The notes beneath the pieces are model-generated. The model saw only the letters and a list, made by a program, of their open reading frames with translations, was not told the DNA's origin and did not search any database. From the NCBI GenBank assembly GCA_964057225.1, contig OZ059900.1, positions 5,518,001 through 5,582,000 on the forward strand: a stretch of 64,000 nucleotides of DNA, given 5' to 3'. Made by a program: the position numbers and the translations under genes. Position 1 is the stretch's first letter. Each line of letters starts with the position of its first letter. The DNA comes from Auanema rhodensis (taxonomy: Eukaryota > Animalia > Nematoda). Positions 1 through 11,295 of this stretch are shown here, one piece after another.

Positions 1-26
1 TGTCACTTTTTTTTGCATTTTTCTTC

Positions 27-3000
27 TTATGCCAGCAAGTCAACCATGGGTGGTGGACAATGTGGTTTATCGGCCTCAAGTTGTTTCCAAAGCAAAGCAG
101 CTTTTCTTTCAGCAATAGATCCAATATGAATAACCGAAAGATTCTAAATATAGTTTTAATTAAATTCAAAGGAATAGTTAATACTTCATCTTCATCGTCA
201 TTTTCCGCAATTACTTCAGTATCTTGTTTAATCTGAAAATAGAAATTCTTTACTTTTTATCGATTAAATTGTTCAACTTCTTTGCTAGGAATGATTAATG
301 ATGGGGAATATGTATATGTAGATGAGCGGCTCGATTTCTGAAAAATTAAGCTTCATATTTACTTCCTTTATAATCAATACTTCTTGTCCAGTGATGGTTG
401 TTGCTCTGGAAATTTTACTTTCCGTCAAGCACTGCTCGCAGGTATAAAGATTTGCAGTAGGCAGGACAACTGAGTCTACAGAATGTTTTTGTTCAACTAC
501 CGGATGATATATATCCCTCTTCGAGGATGTAGTAGATATGCTTCTAATTGATCTAGGAGCAGCCACAACAATTGGAGAAGTAGGAGGAGTGAAATCCTTG
601 TGACCCCATTCGTTTATGAATTGTCGAACATTCTTGACAACACGAACGGATTCAAACTTGTCTTAAAATTCATCGAATTGTACTAGTTAATAAACAATAT
701 AATGCAAACTATTGTTGTTGGGAGTCGATCGAATTTGTGGAACTGAAGCCACGGCAATTGGGTACGGTTTTTGAACATCCTCTTGAGAATTTACTTCCTT
801 ATCATTTGTTATTTTTGAAATGCCTCCACCGTATCTACTCAAAAGCTGAGAAACAGGCTGTTGGTGTTCAAATTCGACATCCTGAATCATAAACACTTGT
901 TATATAGACTAGAAAAAAACTAACACTTTCGAATGGTTCTATAATTTGATTGCTTTCGTGGTGGTCCTTTGGCTGATGATGAACCTCATGATCATGAGAA
1001 TGATGTTCTCTGTGCACATGATGAACATTGCTATCTTGATGTTTTCCGTGCTCCTGATGAGCATGCTGATCATGAAGATGATGTTCTCTATGCACATTTG
1101 TATGACGATCAAGGTGCTCCACATGTTCTTTTTTAGAACGATCGTTATTATATTGATGATGTCTCATGTGTTTATGGCAAGGTTGATAATTATAGTGTTG
1201 TTGACGATGATGATCATGGTGATGATGATGATGTTCCATGTGTTCATGATGAGCACGGTGATCAAGGTGATGATGGTGTTCCATGTGTTCATGATGAGCA
1301 TGGTGATCATGGTGATGATGATGCTCCTTATGTTCATGATGAGCATGGTGATCATGGTGATGATGATGCTCCTTATGTTCATTATGAGCATGGTGATCAT
1401 GGTGATGATGATGCTCCTTATGTTCATGATGAGCATGGTGATCATGATGATGATGCTCCATATGTTCATTATGAGCATGACTATTATGATGATGATGTTT
1501 GATGTGTTCATGATCGGCGTGGTAGTTATGGTGAGGATGACGGTCAATGTGTTTATGATCTACGTGGAGATCATGGTGATGATGATGTTTGTTATGATCA
1601 TGGCTTGGTTGAATTTCATGCTCATTGTTTTGTACATGTTGATGTTGATTGTTAATGGCATGATCTTGAGGAATACGATGAATAACAACGTTGGTAGCTT
1701 CAGGATGATGATAAAGCTAAATTTTGAATCTTAAAGAAGTCAATGTAACAAAACGTCAAATTACAATTTCAGCTTGTCGATTGATACCCATGGCCTTTCC
1801 ATTTTCAAAACGAGAAAGGAGAGATTTCACAGCTAAAATATTTGTTTCAAAATAATTTGAAAAAATGTTTTTAATAAATTTGATGCAAATAATTTACATG
1901 GTCTGTTGACGTAATCCAGTTCGGAATCGTCATGAGATGTAATACACTGATGATCATTTTGTGGTGATGCTTTAAGCGTACTAACGGAACTACTTCTGCT
2001 TTTGCAATTCTGTGAAACATAATTTTATGAAGATAACGCCAATTATAACTTACACTAACAGTTGAATCTTTACTACATATTGATTTAGAACGATTGCAAC
2101 ATGAAGACTGATGTCTAGATGAAGTCTTAGAAGCCGAAGAAATTGTAGAAGACTTTCCACTGATTGGGGCTTGCTGCAATGGTGGTGGAGCTACATGTGC
2201 AGGACGGGGATCATCACGAATGTGTGGCCCATGGCTAATAGGAATAATATTTCTACTAAAAAAATGTAAAAAAAATTAAAAATAATTATGTATTTTGTTA
2301 CATTTCATGATATTCGAATTCAAGTTGTGGGAAATCATGTTTGTGTTGTACCACATTCCCTATTTCCTGATGATCAATTGGAGTATAACTTATTTTAATC
2401 TAAAAGAACAAACCTCTGTATTTTGATCTGATTGTATATCGTATTCAACAACGTTCTGAGGTTGTATAACAGGTACAACTTCCACATGGTGTTTATGGGT
2501 AGATGAGGAATTGACAGAAGAACTGACAGCTGAATGTGTATGATGAACTATTTCCTTTTCCTGAACTTTGTTTGTTTCTACAACATATAATACTTATAAA
2601 ATCTACCTCAGCAACTGACAACGAATCAAAAGCAAAACTTTTCATCTTGACAACAATATCAGAAGCATGATGTTCAATTTCAACGGAATAATTTTGCCAT
2701 TGCTAATAATTAAATTTTATAATTGAAAAAAGAGCAGAAAGAGAAACCTCATCATCGGTAGTTAGTGGATAACTTCTTCCTATGATTGTGTCATCAGAAT
2801 CGGAATCACTGAAGCATAACTTCATCAGAATTAATCAAAATAGGACAGACCTCTCTGCCTTCTCATGATGGTGATTCTTTCCGGAATGATGAGAACTAAC
2901 TGATCCATTGTTATTATGACAGTTAGTCTCTTCATGAGTAGAATTCACCTCAACATTAACTGGAGAATCATACTGAAATCAGCAATAAATACATATATTC

Positions 3001-4344
3001 ACATATATTTTTTGCAAATTTACATGAACACTTTTCTGAGAAACACTCGAATGCACTGAAATCGAAGAAGCTTTTGAAAGTGCTGTTACCGAAGAAATCT
3101 AAAGTTTTGAACATAATTTGTTATATCGTTTGCTTTGAATACCTCGGAGACATCGTCATCGTGATGAAAAACTTTCTGAAATAAATATATAAGAAATTTT
3201 CATTTTGCGAAAAATTCATTATCTGTACTTGAATAATTGCTTCGTTTTAGAAATAGATTTGATAAATTTTCAATACGAATACCCTTTTTAGCAAACAAAA
3301 TGTCAGTAATCTATCGTGATAAGATGTGCCACGTATAGAAAAAATTTTATCAACTTAAACTCTAACCTTTTTTACAGTTCCGTATATGAGAAACTGTAAA
3401 TGACTATTTTCAGGCATTTTTGATTATAAAAACTTAAGTATAAGGAATGGATTACTGTTTTTCAAGAATTTTCATGTGAAATATGTTAACAATTTGTCTT
3501 TACCCTGTTTTCAAAATGTTTCACCTTTTATTCAATGTTATCATCGCATGTATTCTGTTTACTCTTATCAGTAAATTTGTCAAAGCGGATAGAGAACAAA
3601 ATATCATTAGAATATGAGAGAGATTAGTGACTAATGATTCAAAATAAAAGAGCAATTTGCAATCTTTGCTTTTCTGCCTCAAAAGATCATTTGAAAATAC
3701 ACAGCAAACTTATATTAAACTTACTTCTTCAATATAAGTTTTAGGCACATCAGCAAACTCTTCGTGTTTAAGAACGTACAAATTTGGGCCAACCTTCAAA
3801 TACAAATTTCATTTTACTACTCTGTTGAATAGAATGAAGCACTGAGTAGTATAAAAAAAACTAATTTCAAAAAGTAAATAAATCCTGTTGCTTTGCATAT
3901 TTTTCAAATTCTATTCAGCTCATTCAAACTTAAAAAATTACCTGATGACTTTCGAAATGATTATCGCCATTCTCAGCTGGAGGTTCTGAGTACAGAACTC
4001 CATGCCCAACATGATGTTCATGTTCAACATGCTGCTCAATATCATGGCCAAAGTGCTCACTCAAGGCTTCTTGCGTTGTGGGCTTGTCGAGAGCAATAAT
4101 CTCACTTGCAGAAATAACCTCATGATTGTAATGTTTGTGCTGCTCCTCTGGAACAGACTCATAGTAATGAACCAAGAGGTTAGTGGGTTCCGTGTTTTTT
4201 ACAGTACCCTCATTATGAGATGTTATTTTTATTGGATCAGCAAGAGGAACGCCGGCAAAAACCAAATCTAATAAACCTATAATGAAATACAGTTAATTTG
4301 TGAAAAAATGTATGAAGAATGGTACTTGTGTCGTCTTGCGTCAT
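27..4344 (-). CDS. Large multi-exon histidine-rich, probably disordered protein (3' end probably outside the window)
   Basis: ATG at 4344 (MTQDDT) splices in phase into the 3930-4265 ORF (NLVFAGVPLADP...). More than 15 GT-AG-flanked exons then join without stops, including the His-repeat exon (ORF 868-1461) and the 687-896 and 285-566 ORFs. The last visible exon (...IHIGSIAEKKAALLWKQLEADKPHCPPPM) is followed by a possible GT donor at 44 or an in-frame TAA at 27-29. No signal peptide is visible. Confidence 0.8.
1207..1514 (-). repeat. Coding tandem repeat, 45-bp unit, ~7 copies, encoding ~EHKEHHHHHDHHAHH
   Basis: The anchor tgttcat recurs at 1241, 1286, 1331, 1376, 1421, 1463 and 1505 (period 45, last two spacings 42). 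Central units are near-identical and outer units are degenerate. Confidence 0.92.
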
Positions 4345-4516
4345 GGTGAAAAGCAAGAACTCGAAACTCCGTAGCTAAACATATTTGAAAAATTAGAAAT
4401 ATTATAAAAGAGAAAGTATAAGAAAAAGGCATGAGAAAAAATGTGACAAAGAAATGATTGGCTGAGTGACTCGAATACTATAGCGTCTTCTAAGAGTGTG
4501 GCATGTGCTGAATAAA

Positions 4517-4581
4517 TGATAAATGAATGTCTATAATTGACGTTCACCATTTTCTCTTGGCCGATAAAGCTGGCTGATAAG
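4517..4581. promoter_or_regulatory. GATA (TGATAA) sites upstream of the His-rich gene
   Basis: TGATAA at 4517 and CTGATAAG at 4574, with CGATAA at 4562, all within ~240 bp of the start codon. TGATAA is the known ELT-family site. Confidence 0.35.
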
Positions 4582-5920
4582 AAATGTTGTAGCACAAAAA
4601 GCTCACATGATGAAACGCATCTTGATACGAACTGAGGAGAGTTAGCATGATGTAGCATATAGGTGAAAGAGTAATTCGAAGATTACTATTAATTATTTAT
4701 TCGAATCCAATCACAATAATATTATGTAACTAAACAACATAGGATATTTCTTTTTGCATTGTTCATCGAAACTGAAAAAAGCATGACATTCTTATGAAAA
4801 TGATACATATTCGTGAAAAAAAAAACAAATTTAAATCATATGTGTTTTTTTCCTTATCATTTCAGATCTGAATTTCAATCGCCTGTTATAAGAAGTTACT
4901 TTTTACGTTTGATTTTTTTCGTTATCATTTGCACTGATCGAACTATAAAAATACTGATAATTAAACTTTTTGAATCTCCCAATGACTTACTGCAATCGTT
5001 ACATATGTATCCAAAGTAATTTATACGTCTTCAAACATGTTTATTATTGTTTATTAACAACTTATATTATTATTATCATTTTGTAACAACCTATTCTTAT
5101 TTCCAGATACGATGTGTGAATAAAATACTTTTTTCATCAAAAGTTATGATTATATTGTTCAGAAAATTAGCTTTCAAAAAAAAACAGTTTCACCCTCAGT
5201 TTTTGGCTTTATACTAAACTGAATCAATAGATAAATTTTGCCCAAGAAGATGAGAAACGACGCAAATCCTAGATCAAAACATTAAAGTAAATGTTCGCAT
5301 TAAGACAATCGAAAGATCGAAACAATGACGATATGTGCTCTAAATGCTTTTCATCAAGTTTAGTCATAATGCAATCTGCTTTGCCTTTATTTATCCATAT
5401 TGTTTATCACTCTAACTTTACATTCCTAATTAAAAAGTATCATGAACAAATATCAGAAGTATTTTGTGCTTTTTTCACAATTTTTTTAACAATGGAACAA
5501 TTCGAACTAGCATTGTCATGAAATATTCCAAAAAAAGGAGTTCATATACTTTTAGAGTTCATATATCTTCTTAATTCATATAAGACTTACGCAAGCCAAA
5601 TTGTAAACCAGGAATTATTGAAATGATTAATTCACTTCAGAGACAAAATTTGATAATGCTAGTTTCAATTGTTCTACTGTAAACTTACTTTAACTGTTAC
5701 CAATTTACTTATACTTATTATCTGTATATTTCAATGTATACTGCCATCTGTACATTGATTTCCACGGTTTTTCAAATCTAAAAAAACACATTCAACATTT
5801 AATCAAAAGACATACAATTTCCTTATCTATATTTCCATCTTTTTTTGTAAATATTAAGATATTTTTTAAACACATAGGCACAGATAAGTCAAATCATCGA
5901 TAAACTTGGCAGATATTGCA

Positions 5921-8173
5921 ATGGATCCCATATCAGCTATGTATGTGCTAGAGAAACCAATTTTTCCTGTTTCTCCGCTTATTGATGATAGAGCAACTAT
6001 TTGGGGTGTGCATAAAACTCTTATTTCACAGGAAAAACGAAATGATATTACTGAATTAGATATCAAACTCACCATAAGAGAGCTGGAAATAAAAAGAGAG
6101 GTAATGAAATATTAGTCCTTATTATTTAATATTGTTTTACTTAGACTGGTGAAAGTTCTGACATAATCCCGATAAATGGGCAGTTTTACGTATTTAATTT
6201 GAATATAAAGACTGGCCATTCTTGGTCATCATTAACATCATTGGTAATATTACATTTTCTTCAAAATAATTTCTAAAAACATAATTCAAGACTGAAAAAA
6301 TTAGTAAGAATATACTAGAACACGGGTGTCACTCTTTGCAACACAAAGAATTTATGAATTGTTAGTTTGGCTTTCAAGAATATCTTTATTGAGATTTTAT
6401 TTTATTTAGACATAATGAATCGAATTTATCAAGATATCCGGCCTAACTGTGGTAGTTTATGTGTTAAATTTCTGCAAGAAGCCTTGAAATTTGAGAGTTT
6501 CATGTCTTGTGTCCACATTCAGTTTAACGTATTGATATCAAATTTGATTGTGAGTTTTCAAATTCAAACAGAAGTTCAGAACCTGATTTTCAGGAAGTCA
6601 GTCAATTTTATGATCCGCAGAAAAAAGCAATAAGTGAAGCGAAAAAGCATTTTTTGAATATCTGGAAATTCATATTCTTATCGAGCACTTTAGAGTGTTT
6701 GATAGCATATACCAATAGTTTGGAGTGTATTAATTTACAACGAGATTGTCTGAAAGTTGGTATTCATATGGGTAATAATGATCTCAATTTTAATAATTAC
6801 AGAGAGGAAAAGTTATACAGGTTACTTCGCTACAGTTATGGAATGATTTTCAAAGCATGTTTTATGAGAAACATTCTAACAGCTCCATTGATAACATTGT
6901 AGATAATATAAAGTAAAATTTTGTAGCAAATACATTTTTATACATATATATTTTTTTAGAGAGTCGTATGCAATGAATAAATGGGTTCATGCACATCAAT
7001 GCGAAGCTTCATCAATTATCAGAGGAGTTAATTATCTTCTAATAAATATTAATTGAATAATGTCAAATTATAGATATTACTTTCCGAGCATATATTAAGT
7101 TTTTATGGGTTAAAACCTGCTTGGATCGGTGCTAAGATAGACATAAAAAAAAGAGAGCTCGGATTCAAAATTCCAGAAGTACCGGAATACTTGAGTGATT
7201 TAATGTTTTTTTCGGTTCATCCCACGGAGGAACAAGTATGTGTATGCTTTGCTATATCATGACTTCAAATGTTTCTTCAGAGGATTTTTCAATTTTTGTT
7301 AACGTATGAAGAAAAGACTCTGAGATCTAACGACCTGTCAGCTGAATATAAAGCAATGCAAGAAATTGAGTGGAACTCTGTAGACTCGAGTAAATTTGGA
7401 TATAATGCTTACATAGCTGCAAAGTATGGATGGCTTGAATCAAATGAATATTGTGATTTTGGAGTTAGTTCAAAAATTTTGAAATCATTTTTTTCTGATT
7501 TATAGCCAAGAACTGAAAGTCATGAGACATTCTTTTTGAAAAATATCGAGGTAGCTCCACCATTTGTAGCTAGTTTATCAATGGCTCGCATGTTTAAAAA
7601 TCGCTGGTCTCAAGTATTTTATCTCATTCGCAAGTTGTTTATACAAGCTGTAGAAGAAGTGAGCGTATTCATTATGGAATCTGAAATAATCGTGAGCTCT
7701 TATCTTCATCCTTTCCATTTTAGGCTAATATTTTTTACCGAACTTTGAGGCCACTGGGGCGTGATGTTAAGAGATTAGAGCGTTGTTATTTTTATGAAAC
7801 TAGCTGGAAACGTAAGGATTTAGGACTTAAACATTGATTCAGCTTTCTCTATTTAGGGTTCGGTCCAACAGTGTTATCTGTAGTAAGGATGGTTGACGAA
7901 ACTAGCGGGAAATTACCCAAAACAGCTATGAATACTACATTGTTTACGGAAAAACGTGACTTGTTATTCATATATGACGTAGGACTTCTGTATGATCCAC
8001 ATATACACAAAGTATATTGTTTCAATAGACTAGAACTATCAAATGCAATATACTTAACTGAAATGCCAGATGACGAAAAGAATCTCCATCTCAAAAATAT
8101 TTATTATGATGCACAACAGTGTTGTAACAGTGCTCATTTAGATTATCTTGAACAGCGCAATGAACGACGTTAA
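5921..8173 (+). CDS. Uncharacterised 12-exon protein, ~575 aa, no recognised domain
   Basis: Approximate exons are 5921-6100, 6145-6243, 6291-6360, 6410-6549, 6594-6755, 6802-6912, 6960-7026, 7074-7235, 7281-7463, 7506-7658, 7724-7811 and 7857-8173. They join in phase through short GT-AG introns with no internal stop (MDPISAMYVLEKP...HLDYLEQRNERR*). Confidence 0.8.
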
Positions 8174-8874
8174 CATTTGTTTTATTCTAGACTTTTTTGC
8201 AAAGAATAGAAGCATAATAATTGGGCGTTAAAATGAACAATTTCATTAACTTAAATATATACTTGTTCTTTGTTTTAATGTTATTGTTCTGTTAACAGTA
8301 ACTTTTTAAATATTTTTTAGTTATAATACTTCATCTCTGTTTTAATTTGCGTTGAAGCTGAAATTTTTTTTCTTTTTGTATATATATATATATATATTAT
8401 AACTATACTTTCTTTTTATGTTAGACAATATTATAATATTATAGAAGAGTTTAATGTTATTTTTATGATCTTAGTCTTACATTAATATATGTTTAATTTG
8501 ATGTTTTAAGGAAATTAAGCATGTATAGTTTCTTTAACTAAACTGATTTAACTCAATATTTTAATTAAAAGTGTTTCTAACTTATTCATTAAAATTATTT
8601 TTCTTGTATTCAATTCAAAATTTGCTAAAACATGGTTTTTTGAAATAGTTTTTACACACTTCTGATATTCTTTACTTGCTGATACTAAGTTATTGAAAAT
8701 AAGTCTCTCACACTAGTTTTTTAAAATTGTATATTTTATAATTTAAATTTGCACATAAGGAACGCTGTTTCGTAAGATTTCTTTATTTCAATTATCTTCA
8801 TTCATGATGAATAAGCATATGTACTGCTGATAAAGAAGAGTGAAATATCATAACGATAAATATGTTCAAAAGTA

Positions 8875-9720
8875 ATGAAACTCACGCATTTACAATGGAG
8901 AGAAAAACTGATAAGGAAGAAAGTAAGTTTTATACATACACTATTTATCTAATCTTATTCATGCTAGCGACATGATGTTTTTGAGCTTTACTATTCTATC
9001 AAGTATTTAATATATTTATAACGATACTCATAAAGAATATTTGCCAGGATATGGTACAAGGGTCACCTAACTTTTTCTAAAAAGGAGCATTAAGGTTTTG
9101 CAAGAAATACGTATAAAATGTAATTACAAATATCTTGATTTACAGGAACTATTGCATAGGCGTTTAATAAGGTGATATGTCCTTAGTTCGGTGGCATTGG
9201 CTTCTCTATACACTCAACGTTTTGAACTCATTGAGCAGCGCATTTTGGGCTTAGTTGCTGGTTGTTGAACAAAACTGGAGAGTATTGAACAACTAAATGA
9301 TTATGTTTGAAAAAAATAGTAATCGAATTATTTATTCTAATAATCCCTTTCTATCGCTTCTAATAGCAATTATTTTATATTTTTAATCATTTCACAAAGT
9401 AGGACTTTTTTATTATATTTTATTATATATACTTTTTATTATATTTTTTATTAAGTATATTTCAGAGTTTTGTTCAAAAAAAGCTCAAAACCCCGGTATC
9501 GGTATTGATCTGTATCCAGTAAAACTAATCGTTCTCCAACCTAAGACTTCAAAAAATCATACATCAATCGAATCGATAAGAAGCTCTACACAATATAGTA
9601 AGGTGTGGTTACAAGATGCTAAGAAAATAACATTATTGAACTTTTTCAGTACCTGCATTTCAACTACTATTTTTTTACATCCAAAAGCATGGATTTATAG
9701 CATGGAGATTAGTTTCCTAG
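8875..9720 (+). pseudogene. Spliced but stop-interrupted unit (pseudogene, or short-ORF/lncRNA gene)
   Basis: Typical-size GT-AG introns at 8923-8967, 9003-9047, 9095-9145 and ~9603-9648. The spliced frame MKLTHLQWEKKLIRKKRHDVFELYYSIKIWYKGHLTFSKKEH stops after 42 aa, and downstream coding-like text contains TGA stops. Confidence 0.35.
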
Positions 9721-10772
9721 GTTTTACAGACAATATACAGCACTTTCATGAAAATTCTATGCTTTTGGTCTACCAAAAATTCCTCAATGATTTAAAACAC
9801 GTTACAAGTTCAAGTAAAATGTTGAAATTCAGCTTTATTCATTTATGTTATTAATTGATTAAATTATAGATTGTGATAAGGATAATTGAGTTTGATCGCA
9901 ATTATATTTTTTGAATCATTTAGAACATAAAATAAATTTGCAATAGTTTTAAATCATAGGAATGGAATCAATTTAAATTATTTTTTTTGGTTTTTCATTT
10001 TTCTTTCCTATTCAACAAACTTTAAATAAGTCATTGCATTTCTTGCTATATTTTATAATATCAGTTTCTGAATTTTTCCCTTTTTTGAGCAAGGTTCAAC
10101 TTAGAATTAGGAGCTACTTTGTATTTTGTATTACGCTTAAGGCATGTAAGTTGGATAGCATCATGTAGATGACTTCCTTCAAATACCCTCTTTCATCTGA
10201 GATAAAGTTTGTAAGGCAAGTGCTGCCGTTCGCTCAAGCAACTACATCATTGAATCAGAGAGCGTCGTACATGTTCTCAAATCATTGTTAAATAAACGGC
10301 CACCCTATACCTCCCTCCTGTTAAAATTTGAGTCTTCTTTCTGTGTTATTTTGGCAAGAAGAATTATTTTTTGATGTTATACATGTATAGATTTGTACAT
10401 TTTTCACCACTTTTAGCACTTTAATAGTGAATTCACATTAAAATGTTGAACAAGCTTTTTAATTAGAAAAAATTGAAAGGAACCTGAAAAGGCTCATAAC
10501 TCATAGAATTGTCATATATCCCAGAAGAAAGTCAGAAAGCACTTTCTAATTTCCTCACTGCATGCTCCTTGCTTACATATAGTTTTTTGAAAACTGTATG
10601 AATTATGTTCTATTACATAGGTAGACAAACAATTAAAGATATTTAAAAAATCCGCATCAAAATTGAATTAACTTTGTAAATGTGAATAGGAATCTGTAAT
10701 GCTTAAAACTTTTTCTTTGACCAATTTAAATTTTTAAAAAGTTTTATTTAGGTATTTTAACGTGTTTTCAAA

Positions 10773-11295
10773 ATGACAAATACTAGCACTGAGCGTAAGT
10801 GTGTCTGCCTATTTAATTTTCTTATACATTTTCCCGCCTTCATAAGTAAGAGTATCATTCAATTTTCAGTTGCTCGCAGCTATTCGTGCGTTTTGTCCAA
10901 TGATATGAATGAGGTGTGTTAGATTTATAAGTTATATTCTATTGTTGTGTCAGTTTAAAAAAAAAGTTTTAATATAGTATGAATTAAGTGTGATGACCTG
11001 AGCATTGATGACACTGATTCCTTCTCTAGTCTAGGAACGTATGATACAATTCTTATGTATGAGCCGATGTTGATTTCTGAACCAACTATAAATCAGGTTT
11101 TTATTTTTTTTTAAAATTAGAACTATAGTTGTAGTGATAAAGCAATTAAAAGTATATGAAGGTTAAAATTATTTTTAGGGTGGGTTCTTCTTTAATTGCT
11201 GCTCACTCGGACGTTTCATAATAATTGTTCTGATACTGTTGATTTTCTGCTATTACATTGAGCTGATAGTAATTTTCACACGTGCTTCACAATAA
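10773..11295 (+). CDS. 96-aa microprotein with a C-terminal transmembrane segment (tail-anchored type)
   Basis: Exons 10773-10794, 10870-10913, 10989-11096 and 11179-11295 are GT-AG flanked and phase-consistent, giving MTNTSTELARSYSCVLSNDMNECDDLSIDDTDSFSSLGTYDTILMYEPMLISEPTINQGGFFFNCCSLGRFIIIVLILLIFCYYIELIVIFTRASQ*. An upstream tttatttag acceptor (~10751) fits trans-splicing. Confidence 0.7.

Noticed and set aside
1207-1514. CRISPR-like periodicity
   Set aside because: The units are contiguous in-frame coding repeats with no unique spacers, in a eukaryotic context.
946-1734. 262-aa Met-rich + strand ORF, and the I/M/T-rich minus ORFs 939-1124 and 1164-1547
   Set aside because: These are antisense or alternate-frame shadows of CAT/GAT His-repeat codons. 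The splice sites support the minus-strand His frame.
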